Assembly: GCA_041642275.1 (NCBI GenBank)
Contig: JBEPWT010000004.1
Span: 6,708 to 70,707 of the forward strand
From: Desulfopila sp.
Lineage (GTDB): Bacteria > Desulfobacterota > Desulfobulbia > Desulfobulbales > Desulfocapsaceae
Length of the DNA: 64,000 nt
Direction of reading: 5' to 3'
In this document: piece after piece, positions 26,721 to 36,445 of the stretch
Layout of the letters: every line of letters starts with the position of its first letter
Position numbering within the stretch: position 1 is the first letter of the stretch
The notes under the pieces: generated by a model
Database searches by the model: none
Told to the model about the DNA's origin: nothing
The model's input: only the letters and a program-made list of their open reading frames with translations
Translations under genes and position numbers: made by a program

Positions 26721-27596
26721 ATGAGCAAAAACGAAACCAGAAAGACTCTGCTGGACCATCATCTCGCCCCCAAAAAGCGATTGGGCCAGAATTTCCTCGT
26801 TCATCGCCGCACCGCGGAAACCATCGTTGCCTGTGCGGAACTGAACAGCGATGATACCGTTATTGAGGTCGGCGTCGGCCTGGGCGCGCTCACCACGGTT
26901 CTGGCCGAAAAGGCAAAAACTGTCATAGGACTGGAAATCGACAGTGGTATCGTTCGTATGCACCGGCAGGAAAAACTGCTCCCCGACAATGTCAGCCTCA
27001 TTCACGGCGACATCCTTGCCACAGACTTCGAAGAGCTCGCCAAGCGAAGCGGCGGTCTTCTGAAGATCATGGCCAATCTCCCCTACTCCATCTCCAATCC
27101 TTTCATTTTCAAACTTATCGAAAACCGGCACTATCTCGACTGGACCGTCGTCATGCTGCAGAAAGAGGTGGCGCTGCGGCTGATGGCCAAACCGGCGACG
27201 AAAGAATACGGGATCCCCACCGTGCTTCTGGCCGCATGCGCAAGTATAGAAATACTCAAAACCCTCAAACCGCAGGAGTTCCATCCGCAGCCGAAAGTTG
27301 ATTCAACGGTGGTCCGCCTGGATTTTTCAGCTGGCCGGCAATATGATGCCTGCCTGGCGGCGGTAAACCGCGACATGCTGCAGAAGGTGGTGAGGGCATC
27401 CTTTGCCAAACGACGCAAAACCCTGCTCAACAATCTCGCTTCCGCCTCCTTGTGGTCCGGCTCGCCGATGGAAAGGCCGAGCAGGGAAGCAATAGGCGCA
27501 GCCATACGCAGTGCCGGACTACTTCCTGAAAGACGTGCCGAAACCATGACACTGCAGCAGTTTGCAGCCCTTGCCACAGCCATTGAAAAAATGTAA
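26721..27596 (+). CDS. rsmA: 16S rRNA (adenine1518/1519-N6)-dimethyltransferase
   Basis: 291 aa. It has K.LGQNFL, the SAM motif VIEVG.G.GALT, and NLPY. Confidence 0.92.
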   Translation: MSKNETRKTLLDHHLAPKKRLGQNFLVHRRTAETIVACAELNSDDTVIEVGVGLGALTTVLAEKAKTVIGLEIDSGIVRMHRQEKLLPDNVSLIHGDILATDFEELAKRSGGLLKIMANLPYSISNPFIFKLIENRHYLDWTVVMLQKEVALRLMAKPATKEYGIPTVLLAACASIEILKTLKPQEFHPQPKVDSTVVRLDFSAGRQYDACLAAVNRDMLQKVVRASFAKRRKTLLNNLASASLWSGSPMERPSREAIGAAIRSAGLLPERRAETMTLQQFAALATAIEKM

Positions 27597-27604
27597 GCGC
27601 CGGC

Positions 27605-29659
27605 TCATTCTCCGTCGCTCTTCTTTTCTTCCCCGCTGTCCGCCGCCGGGTCTTCGGTCCGCTCACCGAGACCCGGCAGCGGCAGGGTTCTGGTTTGCTC
27701 CTGCCGGTTCTCAAGACCCGAGGCTTCCACTACCCGACGGACCACGCGCGGGGAAATACGCTTACCCTTGGCGCTGGCTCCTTTGACAAGATAGTCGTTG
27801 AAATCTATTTCAACGATATTGGACTTTGCCCGCGGAGATGGCATCAAGCTTACCCTGGCGTACTTATCATTGCCTATCAGCAAGAGAAGGATCTTCGACC
27901 TTTTGTGCCGGTCGAAAAGAAAATATTCCTTTTCCAGAATAAACTTCGGCGTCATGAACCGCTTGACATAGGAGACGTTTTCCTGGCCGTCGCGATACAC
28001 CATATTAAAGCACTGGTCTCTTTCCACGGTTCCAAACCATTCGAGACGAGGGCCGACAAAAAGCTTGTCCGTAACCGGGATAACCTTGTACATGCCGTCG
28101 CTGAAAATAAGCAAAAGTTTGTCATATTCAGAACAGTGGACGACGATGTCGCTTTTTTCGTCTTCAACCTTGAGACCCGAGCCAAGAAAGCCGGTGTTCC
28201 GGTTGTACACCACGGTAAGATTGGAAAGGGCGACCTTGCGGATGCTTACCTCGGTAAACTCCGTGAGTACCGTCTGCCGCTGCCTGTCCTTTCCATATTT
28301 CTGCAGCAGTTTGTTTATGTAGGTAACGGTATAGCCAACGGTATCCTTGAGGCTGTTTTTGACGACCTTGATATCTTTACCGATGGCATTGATTTCTTTC
28401 TGCTGTCGCTCAATGTCATATCTGGAAATGCGTTTGATCCTGATTTCCAGCAGCCTTTCTATATCTTCTTTGGAGACATCGCGCACCAGTTCGTCCTTAT
28501 AGGCAAGCAGCGATTCCTCGATGGTCCTCAGTATACCCTTGAAGGTTTTCTCTTCTTCAATACGTTTGTAGAGCCGTTCTTCAATGAATATCTGTTCGAG
28601 TTTACGGGCATGGAGTTTTTCAAGGAGGCGGCCCAACTCAATTTCAAGTTCTTTGCTCAGATCTGCGACCAGCTTGGCTGTGTTATAGCGCAGCACTTCC
28701 GAGACGCTGCTTGTTTCCGGAACCTCATCCTTGATGAGGGTCAGGTTGGGGCTTATGGGAACTTCACAGTCGGTGAAGGCGTAGAGGGCCTTTATGGTAT
28801 CCTTGGCATAAATGCCCCGGGCCAGTTTTATCTCGATCTCGACATCTTCGGCGGTATAGTCGCTGATGGATGTAATTTTCAGCTTGCCGGCCTTGGCAGC
28901 CTTCTCAATGGAATCGATGAGCGATTCCGTGGTGGTTGTATAGGGAATCTCCCGGACAACTATGGTCTTCTCGTTGACTTCCTCTATTCGCGCCCTGCAG
29001 CGCAGCCTGCCGTTACCATCCTCATACTGGCTGACATCGAGGAGACCTTTCTTGATGAAATCCGGATATATCTGGAAATCCTCGCCACGCAAAATGGCCT
29101 TCTGGGCCTCCAGCAGTTCCTTGAAATTGTGGGGCATTATCTTCGTTGCCATGCCCACGGCTATGCCTTCTGCACCAAGCAGCAGCAGCATGGGAATCTT
29201 GGCGGGCAGAGATACCGGCTCCATCATCCTGCCGTCATAGGATTCCTCATATTCGGTCAGATCCTTGTTGAACAGAACCTCTTTGGCCAGAGGGGTCAGT
29301 CGACATTCGATGTAGCGGGCCGCCGATGCTTCATCACCGGTGTAGATATTACCGAAGTTGCCCTGGGTCTCGATAAGAAATTCCTTGTTGGCGAGATTGA
29401 CCAGCGCAGCGAATATGGAAGCATCTCCGTGGGGATGCAGCTTCATCGTCTCTCCGACGACGTTGGCGACTTTGTGAAAGCGCCCATCGTCCATGTTGTA
29501 CAAGGTTTGCAGGATTCGCCGCTGGACAGGCTTGAAACCGTCGTTAATATCCGGAATCGCCCGTTCCCGGACTACATAGGAGGTATATTCGAGAAAGTTT
29601 TCATCGAAGAGTTTGTGCAGTTTGCCGTGTGGTGTATATATAGCGTGATCGAAAGTCAT
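27605..29659 (-). CDS. parC: Type IIA DNA topoisomerase subunit A (ParC-like, topoisomerase IV-type)
   Basis: It has GFKPVQRRIL, HPHGDASI, the catalytic-Tyr context AARYIECRL, and the breakage-reunion core. The start is ambiguous: the ATG at 29659 (MTFDH...) or the track's TTG at 29713. Confidence 0.85.
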   Translation of the reverse strand: MTFDHAIYTPHGKLHKLFDENFLEYTSYVVRERAIPDINDGFKPVQRRILQTLYNMDDGRFHKVANVVGETMKLHPHGDASIFAALVNLANKEFLIETQGNFGNIYTGDEASAARYIECRLTPLAKEVLFNKDLTEYEESYDGRMMEPVSLPAKIPMLLLLGAEGIAVGMATKIMPHNFKELLEAQKAILRGEDFQIYPDFIKKGLLDVSQYEDGNGRLRCRARIEEVNEKTIVVREIPYTTTTESLIDSIEKAAKAGKLKITSISDYTAEDVEIEIKLARGIYAKDTIKALYAFTDCEVPISPNLTLIKDEVPETSSVSEVLRYNTAKLVADLSKELEIELGRLLEKLHARKLEQIFIEERLYKRIEEEKTFKGILRTIEESLLAYKDELVRDVSKEDIERLLEIRIKRISRYDIERQQKEINAIGKDIKVVKNSLKDTVGYTVTYINKLLQKYGKDRQRQTVLTEFTEVSIRKVALSNLTVVYNRNTGFLGSGLKVEDEKSDIVVHCSEYDKLLLIFSDGMYKVIPVTDKLFVGPRLEWFGTVERDQCFNMVYRDGQENVSYVKRFMTPKFILEKEYFLFDRHKRSKILLLLIGNDKYARVSLMPSPRAKSNIVEIDFNDYLVKGASAKGKRISPRVVRRVVEASGLENRQEQTRTLPLPGLGERTEDPAADSGEEKKSDGE

Positions 29660-29936
29660 AGTATCTGTGATGCCTTCCCCGGATCTCAATCCTTGTATTG
29701 ATTCGTTGAGCAAACAACCACATGCCGATGTGCATACCAGCTTCTCTTCGAAGATATCCCGAAGCCCGGAGGGCTGCAGTCAAACTCCCAGAAAGAGGGG
29801 TATGGCGTCTTTCAAGGTAACGGCTGGCATGGATGCCAGCAGAGCGTTTGCCTGTCGACCCGCCGCTGCGACAGCTCGATCATCGTCGCTTGTTCAGGAG
29901 TCCGGCTGCGCACCAGGTGATTCAGCTGAGGGCAGA

Positions 29937-31763
29937 TCAGACCAGATGGTCCATTATGTACCGTTTGCGGTCCGGCGTATTTTTTCCCATATAAAAGGTA
30001 AGCACCTTCGCCACCTGCGAGACCGAATCCATGGTCACATTCCGCAGTCTGATATCGGGCCCGATAAACTGCTTGAATTCACGAGGGGAGATCTCTCCCA
30101 GACCCTTGAACCGGGTCGTCTCCACATTCTTGGTCACCTTGCCCCGTCCTTGCAATTTGCGCGTAGCCGCGATTTTTTCCTTTTCCGAATAGCAATAGAT
30201 TGTCTCCTGCTTGTTGCGTACTCGAAAAATGGGGGTTTCGAGGATATAGATATGACCGAGCTTGACCAGCGGTTCGAAATAATGCAAAAAGAAGGTCAGC
30301 AGAAGATTGCGGATATGCAGCCCGTCCACGTCTGCATCGGTGGCGAGGATGACCTTGTCGAAGCGGAGGTTGGAGATGGAGTCCTCGATATCAAGGGCCC
30401 GCATAAGTGAGTACATCTCCTCGTTTTTGTACAGCAGCGCCAGCTTTTGCCCGTAGACGTTCATCGGTTTGCCTTTGAGCGAAAAAACAGCCTGGGTCAT
30501 CGGATCGCGCGAGGAGACGATCGAGCCGGCGGCAGACTGCCCCTCGGTGATGAAAATCATATTCTCCCTGCCTTCGGCGGAAGGTTTTTCTTTGGAGGGG
30601 TGATATTTGCAGTCTTTCAGCTGGGATATTTTCAGGGCAACCTTCTTGGCCTTAGCCCTGGCTTCCTTGCGCACGCTCTGCAGTTCCTTGCGTACCTTCT
30701 CGTTGCGCAGAATCTTGTCAATGAGTATTTCTGCCGCTGCGGTGTCTTTGTAGAGCGAACTGGAAACAGCATTTTTCACCGTATTGACAATCCACGAGCG
30801 TACTTCGGTGTTGCCAAGCTTGTTTTTGGTCTGCGACTCGAACACCGGGTCCTTGACCTTGATGGCAAGAGTGCCGACAACGCCGTCGCGGACATCCTTG
30901 CTGTCGAATTTTTTGCTGGAATATTCATTGATGCCCTTGAGCAGCCCTTCGCGAAAGGCGCTGAGATGCGTTCCGCCCTCGCTGGTATAGGTGCCGTTGA
31001 CAAAGGTATAGTAGGTATCGCCGTAGGAATCGGTGTGGGACAAGGCGAATTCGAGCGTGGCATCCTTGTAGTAAATCGGCGTATACAGTTCACCACCGTC
31101 CAGTTCCTTCTCCAGCAGATCAAGCAATCCCTTGCTGGAATAAAAGCATTCTTTGTTGAGATACAACTTCAAGCCGGCATTGAGATAGGCATATCTCCAC
31201 AGCCGTCTGGCAATAAAATCCAGATCGAAACAATAGTTCGGAAACAGCTGGGGGTCGGGTACAAACTCCATGAGGGTGCCGTCTTTCTCGGAACTCTCAC
31301 CTTCACTTTGCTCAATGAGTTTGCCGCGCTCGAAAAGCGCGGAGGAAAATTTTCCCTGGCGAAAGGCGGTCACCGTGAATTTTTTTGAAAGGGCGTTGAC
31401 GGCCTTGGTTCCGACGCCGTTAAGTCCTACGGAAAACTGGAAAACATCGGTATTGTACTTGGCGCCGGTGTTGATTGTCGATACACAGTCGACGATTTTA
31501 CCCAAAGGGATGCCCCTGCCGAAATCGCGAACCCGCACCTCGCCCTCTTCGGCGATAGTGATGTTTATACGTTTGCCGGCTCCCATGATAAATTCATCGA
31601 CGGCATTATCGACAATCTCTTTGAGCAAAATATAGATGCCGTCATCCTGGTGACTGCCGTCGCCAAGCCGGCCGATGTACATTCCCGGTCTTTTGCGTAT
31701 ATGCTCAAGGGAGCTGAGGGTTTTTATCTTGCTTTCGTCGTATATATCTGCGGATACACTCAT
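29937..31763 (-). CDS. parE: Type IIA DNA topoisomerase subunit B (ParE-like ATPase/TOPRIM subunit)
   Basis: 608 aa. GHKL ATPase motifs (EIVDNAVDE, GLNGVG), a TOPRIM domain (EGQSA.GS, ATDADVDG), and it is paired with the A subunit downstream. Confidence 0.88.
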   Translation of the reverse strand: MSVSADIYDESKIKTLSSLEHIRKRPGMYIGRLGDGSHQDDGIYILLKEIVDNAVDEFIMGAGKRINITIAEEGEVRVRDFGRGIPLGKIVDCVSTINTGAKYNTDVFQFSVGLNGVGTKAVNALSKKFTVTAFRQGKFSSALFERGKLIEQSEGESSEKDGTLMEFVPDPQLFPNYCFDLDFIARRLWRYAYLNAGLKLYLNKECFYSSKGLLDLLEKELDGGELYTPIYYKDATLEFALSHTDSYGDTYYTFVNGTYTSEGGTHLSAFREGLLKGINEYSSKKFDSKDVRDGVVGTLAIKVKDPVFESQTKNKLGNTEVRSWIVNTVKNAVSSSLYKDTAAAEILIDKILRNEKVRKELQSVRKEARAKAKKVALKISQLKDCKYHPSKEKPSAEGRENMIFITEGQSAAGSIVSSRDPMTQAVFSLKGKPMNVYGQKLALLYKNEEMYSLMRALDIEDSISNLRFDKVILATDADVDGLHIRNLLLTFFLHYFEPLVKLGHIYILETPIFRVRNKQETIYCYSEKEKIAATRKLQGRGKVTKNVETTRFKGLGEISPREFKQFIGPDIRLRNVTMDSVSQVAKVLTFYMGKNTPDRKRYIMDHLV

Positions 31764-32175
31764 TTTTTACCCATATACACTACATGAAGGTTTGAGGTTT
31801 CAAAGGTGGCCAATACTATTGTATTTGGTGTTTTTTATCAACATATCTCTTGTGGCGCCTGAAGATAAAACCATGTTCTATCAGGCGGGTCCCAACATCC
31901 GGTATGCTCTTCTGCCGTTTGTAAAAAAGGTGTTCTTCACCAAGGAAAATGGCGACCACTGTTTATTTTTCAACAAATTTGAGCTCTCCATGCACAAAAA
32001 CATATCCAATACATCAGAGCCGCCGCCGGGAAGACATTGGGCAACGGTTGGCCGCTGTTTGATTTTTTACGTTGCTGAAGCATTTCCCCCTTGTTGCTTG
32101 TTGCATTATTCTGTATTGTCTTGAGCTGTTTCTGCCGTCCTCTTGTTGGGAAAATATCTTTTGCAGTTCAACCGC

Positions 32176-33402
32176 ATGCGCCTGATACACAACAGACCCT
32201 TACTGCTCTACAGCTACCTTGCCACGGAAATGCTGGCACCGTTCTTTGCAAGCTTTGTTATCATGAACGGTATTTTTTTTCTGGTCAAGCTCATCCCCTT
32301 TCTCGATATAATTCTCGAATACGACATCAAATTCACCGATTTTGTCAAATCGTTCTCCTATCTCTTTCCCAACATGCTTCATTATTCCATTCCCATGGCG
32401 GCAATGATGGGCATTATCATCGGCATTACCAGGCTTTCCAACGATGCCGAAATTCTCGCCTTCAAGGCCTGCGGTATGAGTCTGTATCATTTTCTTCCTC
32501 CTGTTCTTCTTGTCACCCTGGTAATCTCGACCATCTCGGCCTACATATCCATCAACCTCATTCCCGCAGGCGAAGTAGCCATGAAGCAGCTTTTCTACCA
32601 GTTGACCAAGGAAAAGATCGACAAAGGCATCAGGGAAAAGGAGTTCACGGCCGCACTCGGCGATCTGGTGGTCTATGTCGAGGAGGTGGACCGAAAAACC
32701 AATGCCTGGCGCAATGTCTGGGTATCGGACATGCGGGAACAGACGACTCCGTCCATCACCATGGCCCGTACCGGCGGCATGTCAACGGACCTAGAAACGA
32801 TGATTGTCACCATAGATCTCTTCAACGGCAGCCTGCACCGTGCAGAAGAGGAACAGGGGCAGATCGTCGTTTTCGACAATTACAAGGTTCAGATACCGCT
32901 GAAGCTTCCCGCCACCAGCACGACCGTTGTCGGTCTTTCCGGGAGGACCATGCACGAGCTGCAGCAGGGAGCCCTGCGTTACGGAATCAACAGTGAAAGA
33001 GGACGGGAGTACCTTGTTCACTACCACAAAAGACTGGTTTTGCCCTTTGGCTGCCTGATAATGAGTCTTATGGCGCTGCCCCTGGGGCTGCAGTCTGGCC
33101 CGGGAAGACGGGCAATGGGCATCCCTCTGGGACTAGGTTTTTTTATTATCTACTATGTGTTCTATACCGTTGCCAAAACCCTGGCCGAGGATACCGCTCT
33201 GCCGGTTGCCCTCGCCATGTGGACGCCCAACTCCTTTTTCCTGCTGCTGGCGATAATCGCCATCTACCGGGTCGCCAACGAAAAATCGCTTCTGCCTGGT
33301 GGACTGGGTACCGCCTGGCTGAAGCTTAGACAAACACTTGAAGAGAAGTTTAAAAAGGCAAAAATGCTGCGGCGCCGGCGAAAACGGGGGCCGCAAACTT
33401 AG
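32176..33402 (+). CDS. lptF: LptF/LptG-family LPS export permease
   Basis: Six-TM YjgP/YjgQ-type architecture with a periplasmic beta-jellyroll insert. The ATG at 32176 is preferred over the track's TTG at 32143. Confidence 0.8.
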   Translation: MRLIHNRPLLLYSYLATEMLAPFFASFVIMNGIFFLVKLIPFLDIILEYDIKFTDFVKSFSYLFPNMLHYSIPMAAMMGIIIGITRLSNDAEILAFKACGMSLYHFLPPVLLVTLVISTISAYISINLIPAGEVAMKQLFYQLTKEKIDKGIREKEFTAALGDLVVYVEEVDRKTNAWRNVWVSDMREQTTPSITMARTGGMSTDLETMIVTIDLFNGSLHRAEEEQGQIVVFDNYKVQIPLKLPATSTTVVGLSGRTMHELQQGALRYGINSERGREYLVHYHKRLVLPFGCLIMSLMALPLGLQSGPGRRAMGIPLGLGFFIIYYVFYTVAKTLAEDTALPVALAMWTPNSFFLLLAIIAIYRVANEKSLLPGGLGTAWLKLRQTLEEKFKKAKMLRRRRKRGPQT

Positions 33403-34037
33403 CTTGTGTTTTCTTTCTCATCTCTTTGCCTGGCCTCGGCAATTGCCTTTTTCAGCGCTGCATGGTGGACATCGCCAGCATAGTGGACAGGGCTTTTCCC
33501 GGAAATGGGATCAAATCCCGAGGGATCGGCGTAACAGTTCTGCTCGACCTGCAGGGGTATTCGGGTCAACGCCTCATCCACCTTCATGCCGATGACATCC
33601 ACCATGGCGGCCCATGTTGCCCCGCAGGGTGCGCCGCGCAGAATGCGGATATCAGTAATCCGTCCGTTGCAGACTTCGACCGCGTATTCGGGAAAACCAA
33701 ACTGCTGACCGTAATCACCGAGTGTCTTGCTTCTGCCCAGACCGCAGCAGGTGAAGGGCGTAAAGCCTTTACCGGGCTTGCCAGTGGTCACCACCGGTAT
33801 GTTTTTGCTCTCGCAGATTTCGACGAGATAATCGGAAAGGTCCGGATGCTTGAGAAAATTCAATACCAGATCTCCAGCAAAGGAATCGGGAACATACTCC
33901 ATGGGGAAATCAATAATCTCAGGAAATGTTCCATCCAGAGAAAAAACCTTTTTTATCGTTATACCTGTTGCATATCTTCGTATCCCTGCCGTTTTTTTCT
34001 CGGCGGAACCGTTTTGTTGAAAAACTATGATATCCAT
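33399..34037 (-). CDS. Conserved hypothetical protein, probably DUF166/COG1810 family
   Basis: 212 aa from the ATG at 34037 (GAGGA sits 4 nt upstream). Motifs FTCCGL and LRGAPCGATW match my recollection of DUF166. The family assignment is from memory only. The track ORF extends to 34157. Confidence 0.55.
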   Translation of the reverse strand: MDIIVFQQNGSAEKKTAGIRRYATGITIKKVFSLDGTFPEIIDFPMEYVPDSFAGDLVLNFLKHPDLSDYLVEICESKNIPVVTTGKPGKGFTPFTCCGLGRSKTLGDYGQQFGFPEYAVEVCNGRITDIRILRGAPCGATWAAMVDVIGMKVDEALTRIPLQVEQNCYADPSGFDPISGKSPVHYAGDVHHAALKKAIAEARQRDEKENTS

Positions 34038-34373
34038 GTCGTCCTCGATACATTTTACCAAAGAGCTTGAGCCTGTCTCTGGAGAAAAATATCCTTGCGG
34101 TTTCTCGGTGGTTGCTGCCAAAGATAAGTGATAATGCAGCCATCGAGTTTCTGTCAAGCATCTTTATCATGACGGCATCACTGATTGCGCCGATGCGTCC
34201 CGTATTTTTCATTCTTGTACTATTTCCATAAATGTATGGCAGATCAATGTGTATTGCGTTAAAATATAATGAGTTACTCCATTACCTCAACAGATGCCCC
34301 TTTTTCAAGATACATGCAGCCTGCCGTCCTCCTCTGCCGGCAGGCTGCAATACCTATGCTGGGAGACAGCCAT

Positions 34374-35981
34374 ATGAAACTGCCAAAAGCACACGAAATG
34401 CAGGCATTGGACAAATGCGCCACAGACCATTTCGGCATTCCCGGGATTGTTCTCATGGAAAACGCCGGATTGGGCACTGTCCGAATGATGGAGGAAGAAC
34501 TGGGGTCCTGCAAAGGTAAATTCGCCATTATTTTTATCGGTCCCGGCAATAACGGCGGTGATGGACTTGTCATCGGCCGACACCTCCACCAGCGGGGGTG
34601 TGAGCCGATTTTCTTTTTCCTCGTCAAGCCGGATTCCCTGCAGGGCGACGCCGCCACCAATCTCAATATCATCCGCAAGCTCAAGCTGCCTTTCCATGTC
34701 ATCGACAACTCCACAAGGGTGGAAACCATACCCGTTCTCTACAAACAGATCGAATCGCGCGGCAAGCCATGCTACTGCATCATCGATGCGATATTCGGCA
34801 CAGGATTGACCCGTGGACTCGAGGGCCATTTTGCCAATGCCATCAACCTTCTCAACAGGCCTGACTTCGCCCATAACATCCCCGTCATATCCGTTGATAT
34901 TCCCTCCGGAATGGATTCCGACAGCGGCAGGATTCTGGGCACATCCATTGTCGCCAACTACACGGCAACCTATGGCTGCGCCAAGCCGGGCCAGATAATG
35001 CACGGCAGTTCGGAGCTCACCGGCAAACTGCATATCATTGACATCGGCATCCCTCCCGAGGCCTTTATCAAATCTCCCATACCAACCGAGTTGATAACCG
35101 AAGACCTGGCCAGGGTCTGGTTGAAAAAGCTCTCCCGTGACAAGTCGTCGCACAAGGGATCCCACGGCCATCTCTTCGTCATCGCCGGCTCTGCCGGAAA
35201 AACCGGTGCCGCCATACTGGTGGCCAGAGGGGCGATGCGCAGCGGCTGCGGTCTTGTGACCATGGCGGCGCCCTACGATCTCAATGCCATTTTCGAAACC
35301 AGCTGCGCTGAAGCGATGACCCTGCCCCTGCCCACCTCCTCCTCGATTATCAATGTCAGCGATCTTTCATTTTTAATCAAACATCTCAACGACAAAAATG
35401 CTATTGTCATGGGCCCTGGCCTGGGGCAGGACAGGCGCACGGCAGATCTGGTGGTCCATCTCTACAACAATGTCTCGCGTCCGATGGTGGTCGATGCCGA
35501 CGCTCTCAACATCCTTGCCGCCAACAAAAATAAAATTCAAAAGCCTGCAGGCCCGCGAATTCTCACACCCCACCCCGGAGAACTGGCCCGAATGACCGAC
35601 TCAACCTCCCAGGCTATCCAGGACAACAGACTACATGCCGCCCGGGAGGCCCATGCATCTTTCAACAACGACAAACAGGTGATTATCGTTTTGAAAGGTG
35701 ATGGAACGGTTATCGTCTCCGATAACGGCGAGGCCATGATTAATACCAGCGGCAATCCCGGAATGGCCACCGGCGGTATGGGAGATGTTCTCAGCGGCGT
35801 CATAGGTTCGCTTATCAGTCAGGGACTCAGTTGCCTGGAAGCCGCTGCTGCCGGGGTATTCCTCCACGGCAAAGCGGCAGACGACCTGTACGTCGATGCC
35901 GGCTACGGCTATACGGCAACCGAGGTTGCCAACCGCATGCCCTATACACTGAAAAGATTTCTTAAGCAGGAGAATTTATGA
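34374..35981 (+). CDS. nnr: Bifunctional NAD(P)H-hydrate repair enzyme (epimerase + ADP-dependent dehydratase)
   Basis: An N-terminal YjeF_N domain (GPGNNGGDG) and a C-terminal carbohydrate-kinase-like domain (GSHGH..VIAGS, GGMGDVLSG). The start at the ATG at 34374 follows GGGAGA. The track ORF starts at 34269. Confidence 0.9.
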   Translation: MKLPKAHEMQALDKCATDHFGIPGIVLMENAGLGTVRMMEEELGSCKGKFAIIFIGPGNNGGDGLVIGRHLHQRGCEPIFFFLVKPDSLQGDAATNLNIIRKLKLPFHVIDNSTRVETIPVLYKQIESRGKPCYCIIDAIFGTGLTRGLEGHFANAINLLNRPDFAHNIPVISVDIPSGMDSDSGRILGTSIVANYTATYGCAKPGQIMHGSSELTGKLHIIDIGIPPEAFIKSPIPTELITEDLARVWLKKLSRDKSSHKGSHGHLFVIAGSAGKTGAAILVARGAMRSGCGLVTMAAPYDLNAIFETSCAEAMTLPLPTSSSIINVSDLSFLIKHLNDKNAIVMGPGLGQDRRTADLVVHLYNNVSRPMVVDADALNILAANKNKIQKPAGPRILTPHPGELARMTDSTSQAIQDNRLHAAREAHASFNNDKQVIIVLKGDGTVIVSDNGEAMINTSGNPGMATGGMGDVLSGVIGSLISQGLSCLEAAAAGVFLHGKAADDLYVDAGYGYTATEVANRMPYTLKRFLKQENL

Positions 35982-36427
35982 AGAAAGCACAGGATATAAT
36001 GACAACCAAGGTTTTGACCGTAACCCCGGAGACGACGGTCGGCGAGCTTGCGCATTTGCTCACCGACAATACTATTAACGGTGTTCCGGTTATCGACGAG
36101 GACAACAATCTTCTCGGCGTTGTAACGGAAAACGACCTCATATTTCAGAAAAAAAAGGTTCACATCCCCACCTTCATAAGCATTCTCGACTCGGTTATCT
36201 ACCTTGAGAGTCCAGAGAGAATGAAGAAGGAAATGCAGAAGATCACCGGTTCTACGGTGGCGGAGATCTACACCAGGAAGGTGAAGACAGTTTCAGCGGA
36301 GACGCCGGTAGATGAGATTGCCACCCTCATGGCGGAAAAGAACATTCATACCATACCGGTGGTCGAGAAGGATAAGCTGGTGGGCATAATCGGCAAAAAA
36401 GATATCATCAAAACCATTTTTTCCTAA
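35978..36427 (+). CDS. CBS-domain pair protein
   Basis: 149 aa with two CBS repeats (IMTTKVLTV...GVPV.D; V..IYTRKV.TV...IPVV). Its start overlaps the nnr stop by 4 nt (ATGA). Confidence 0.85.
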   Translation: MKKAQDIMTTKVLTVTPETTVGELAHLLTDNTINGVPVIDEDNNLLGVVTENDLIFQKKKVHIPTFISILDSVIYLESPERMKKEMQKITGSTVAEIYTRKVKTVSAETPVDEIATLMAEKNIHTIPVVEKDKLVGIIGKKDIIKTIFS

Positions 36428-36445
36428 CCGGAAATGTCTGTTTCC

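Noticed and set aside
27695-29701. A 668-aa ORF on the + strand spanning almost the whole parC-like gene.
   Set aside because: - It is an antisense shadow. The minus-strand product has unmistakable topoisomerase motifs, while the + strand product is low-information (rich in L/F/G/D/I) with no recognisable domain.
- Similar codon-register shadows accompany many genes here, so this reflects genome-wide avoidance of TTA/CTA/TCA codons and does not indicate overlapping genes.
31675-32124. A 149-aa + strand ORF in the parE/lptF divergent spacer, together with the overlapping 32091-32996 ORF.
   Set aside because: - It starts inside parE antisense and its composition and hydrophobicity are unconvincing.
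- It has no SD motif and no recognisable similarity.
- The 32091-32996 ORF is out of frame with the clearly real lptF.
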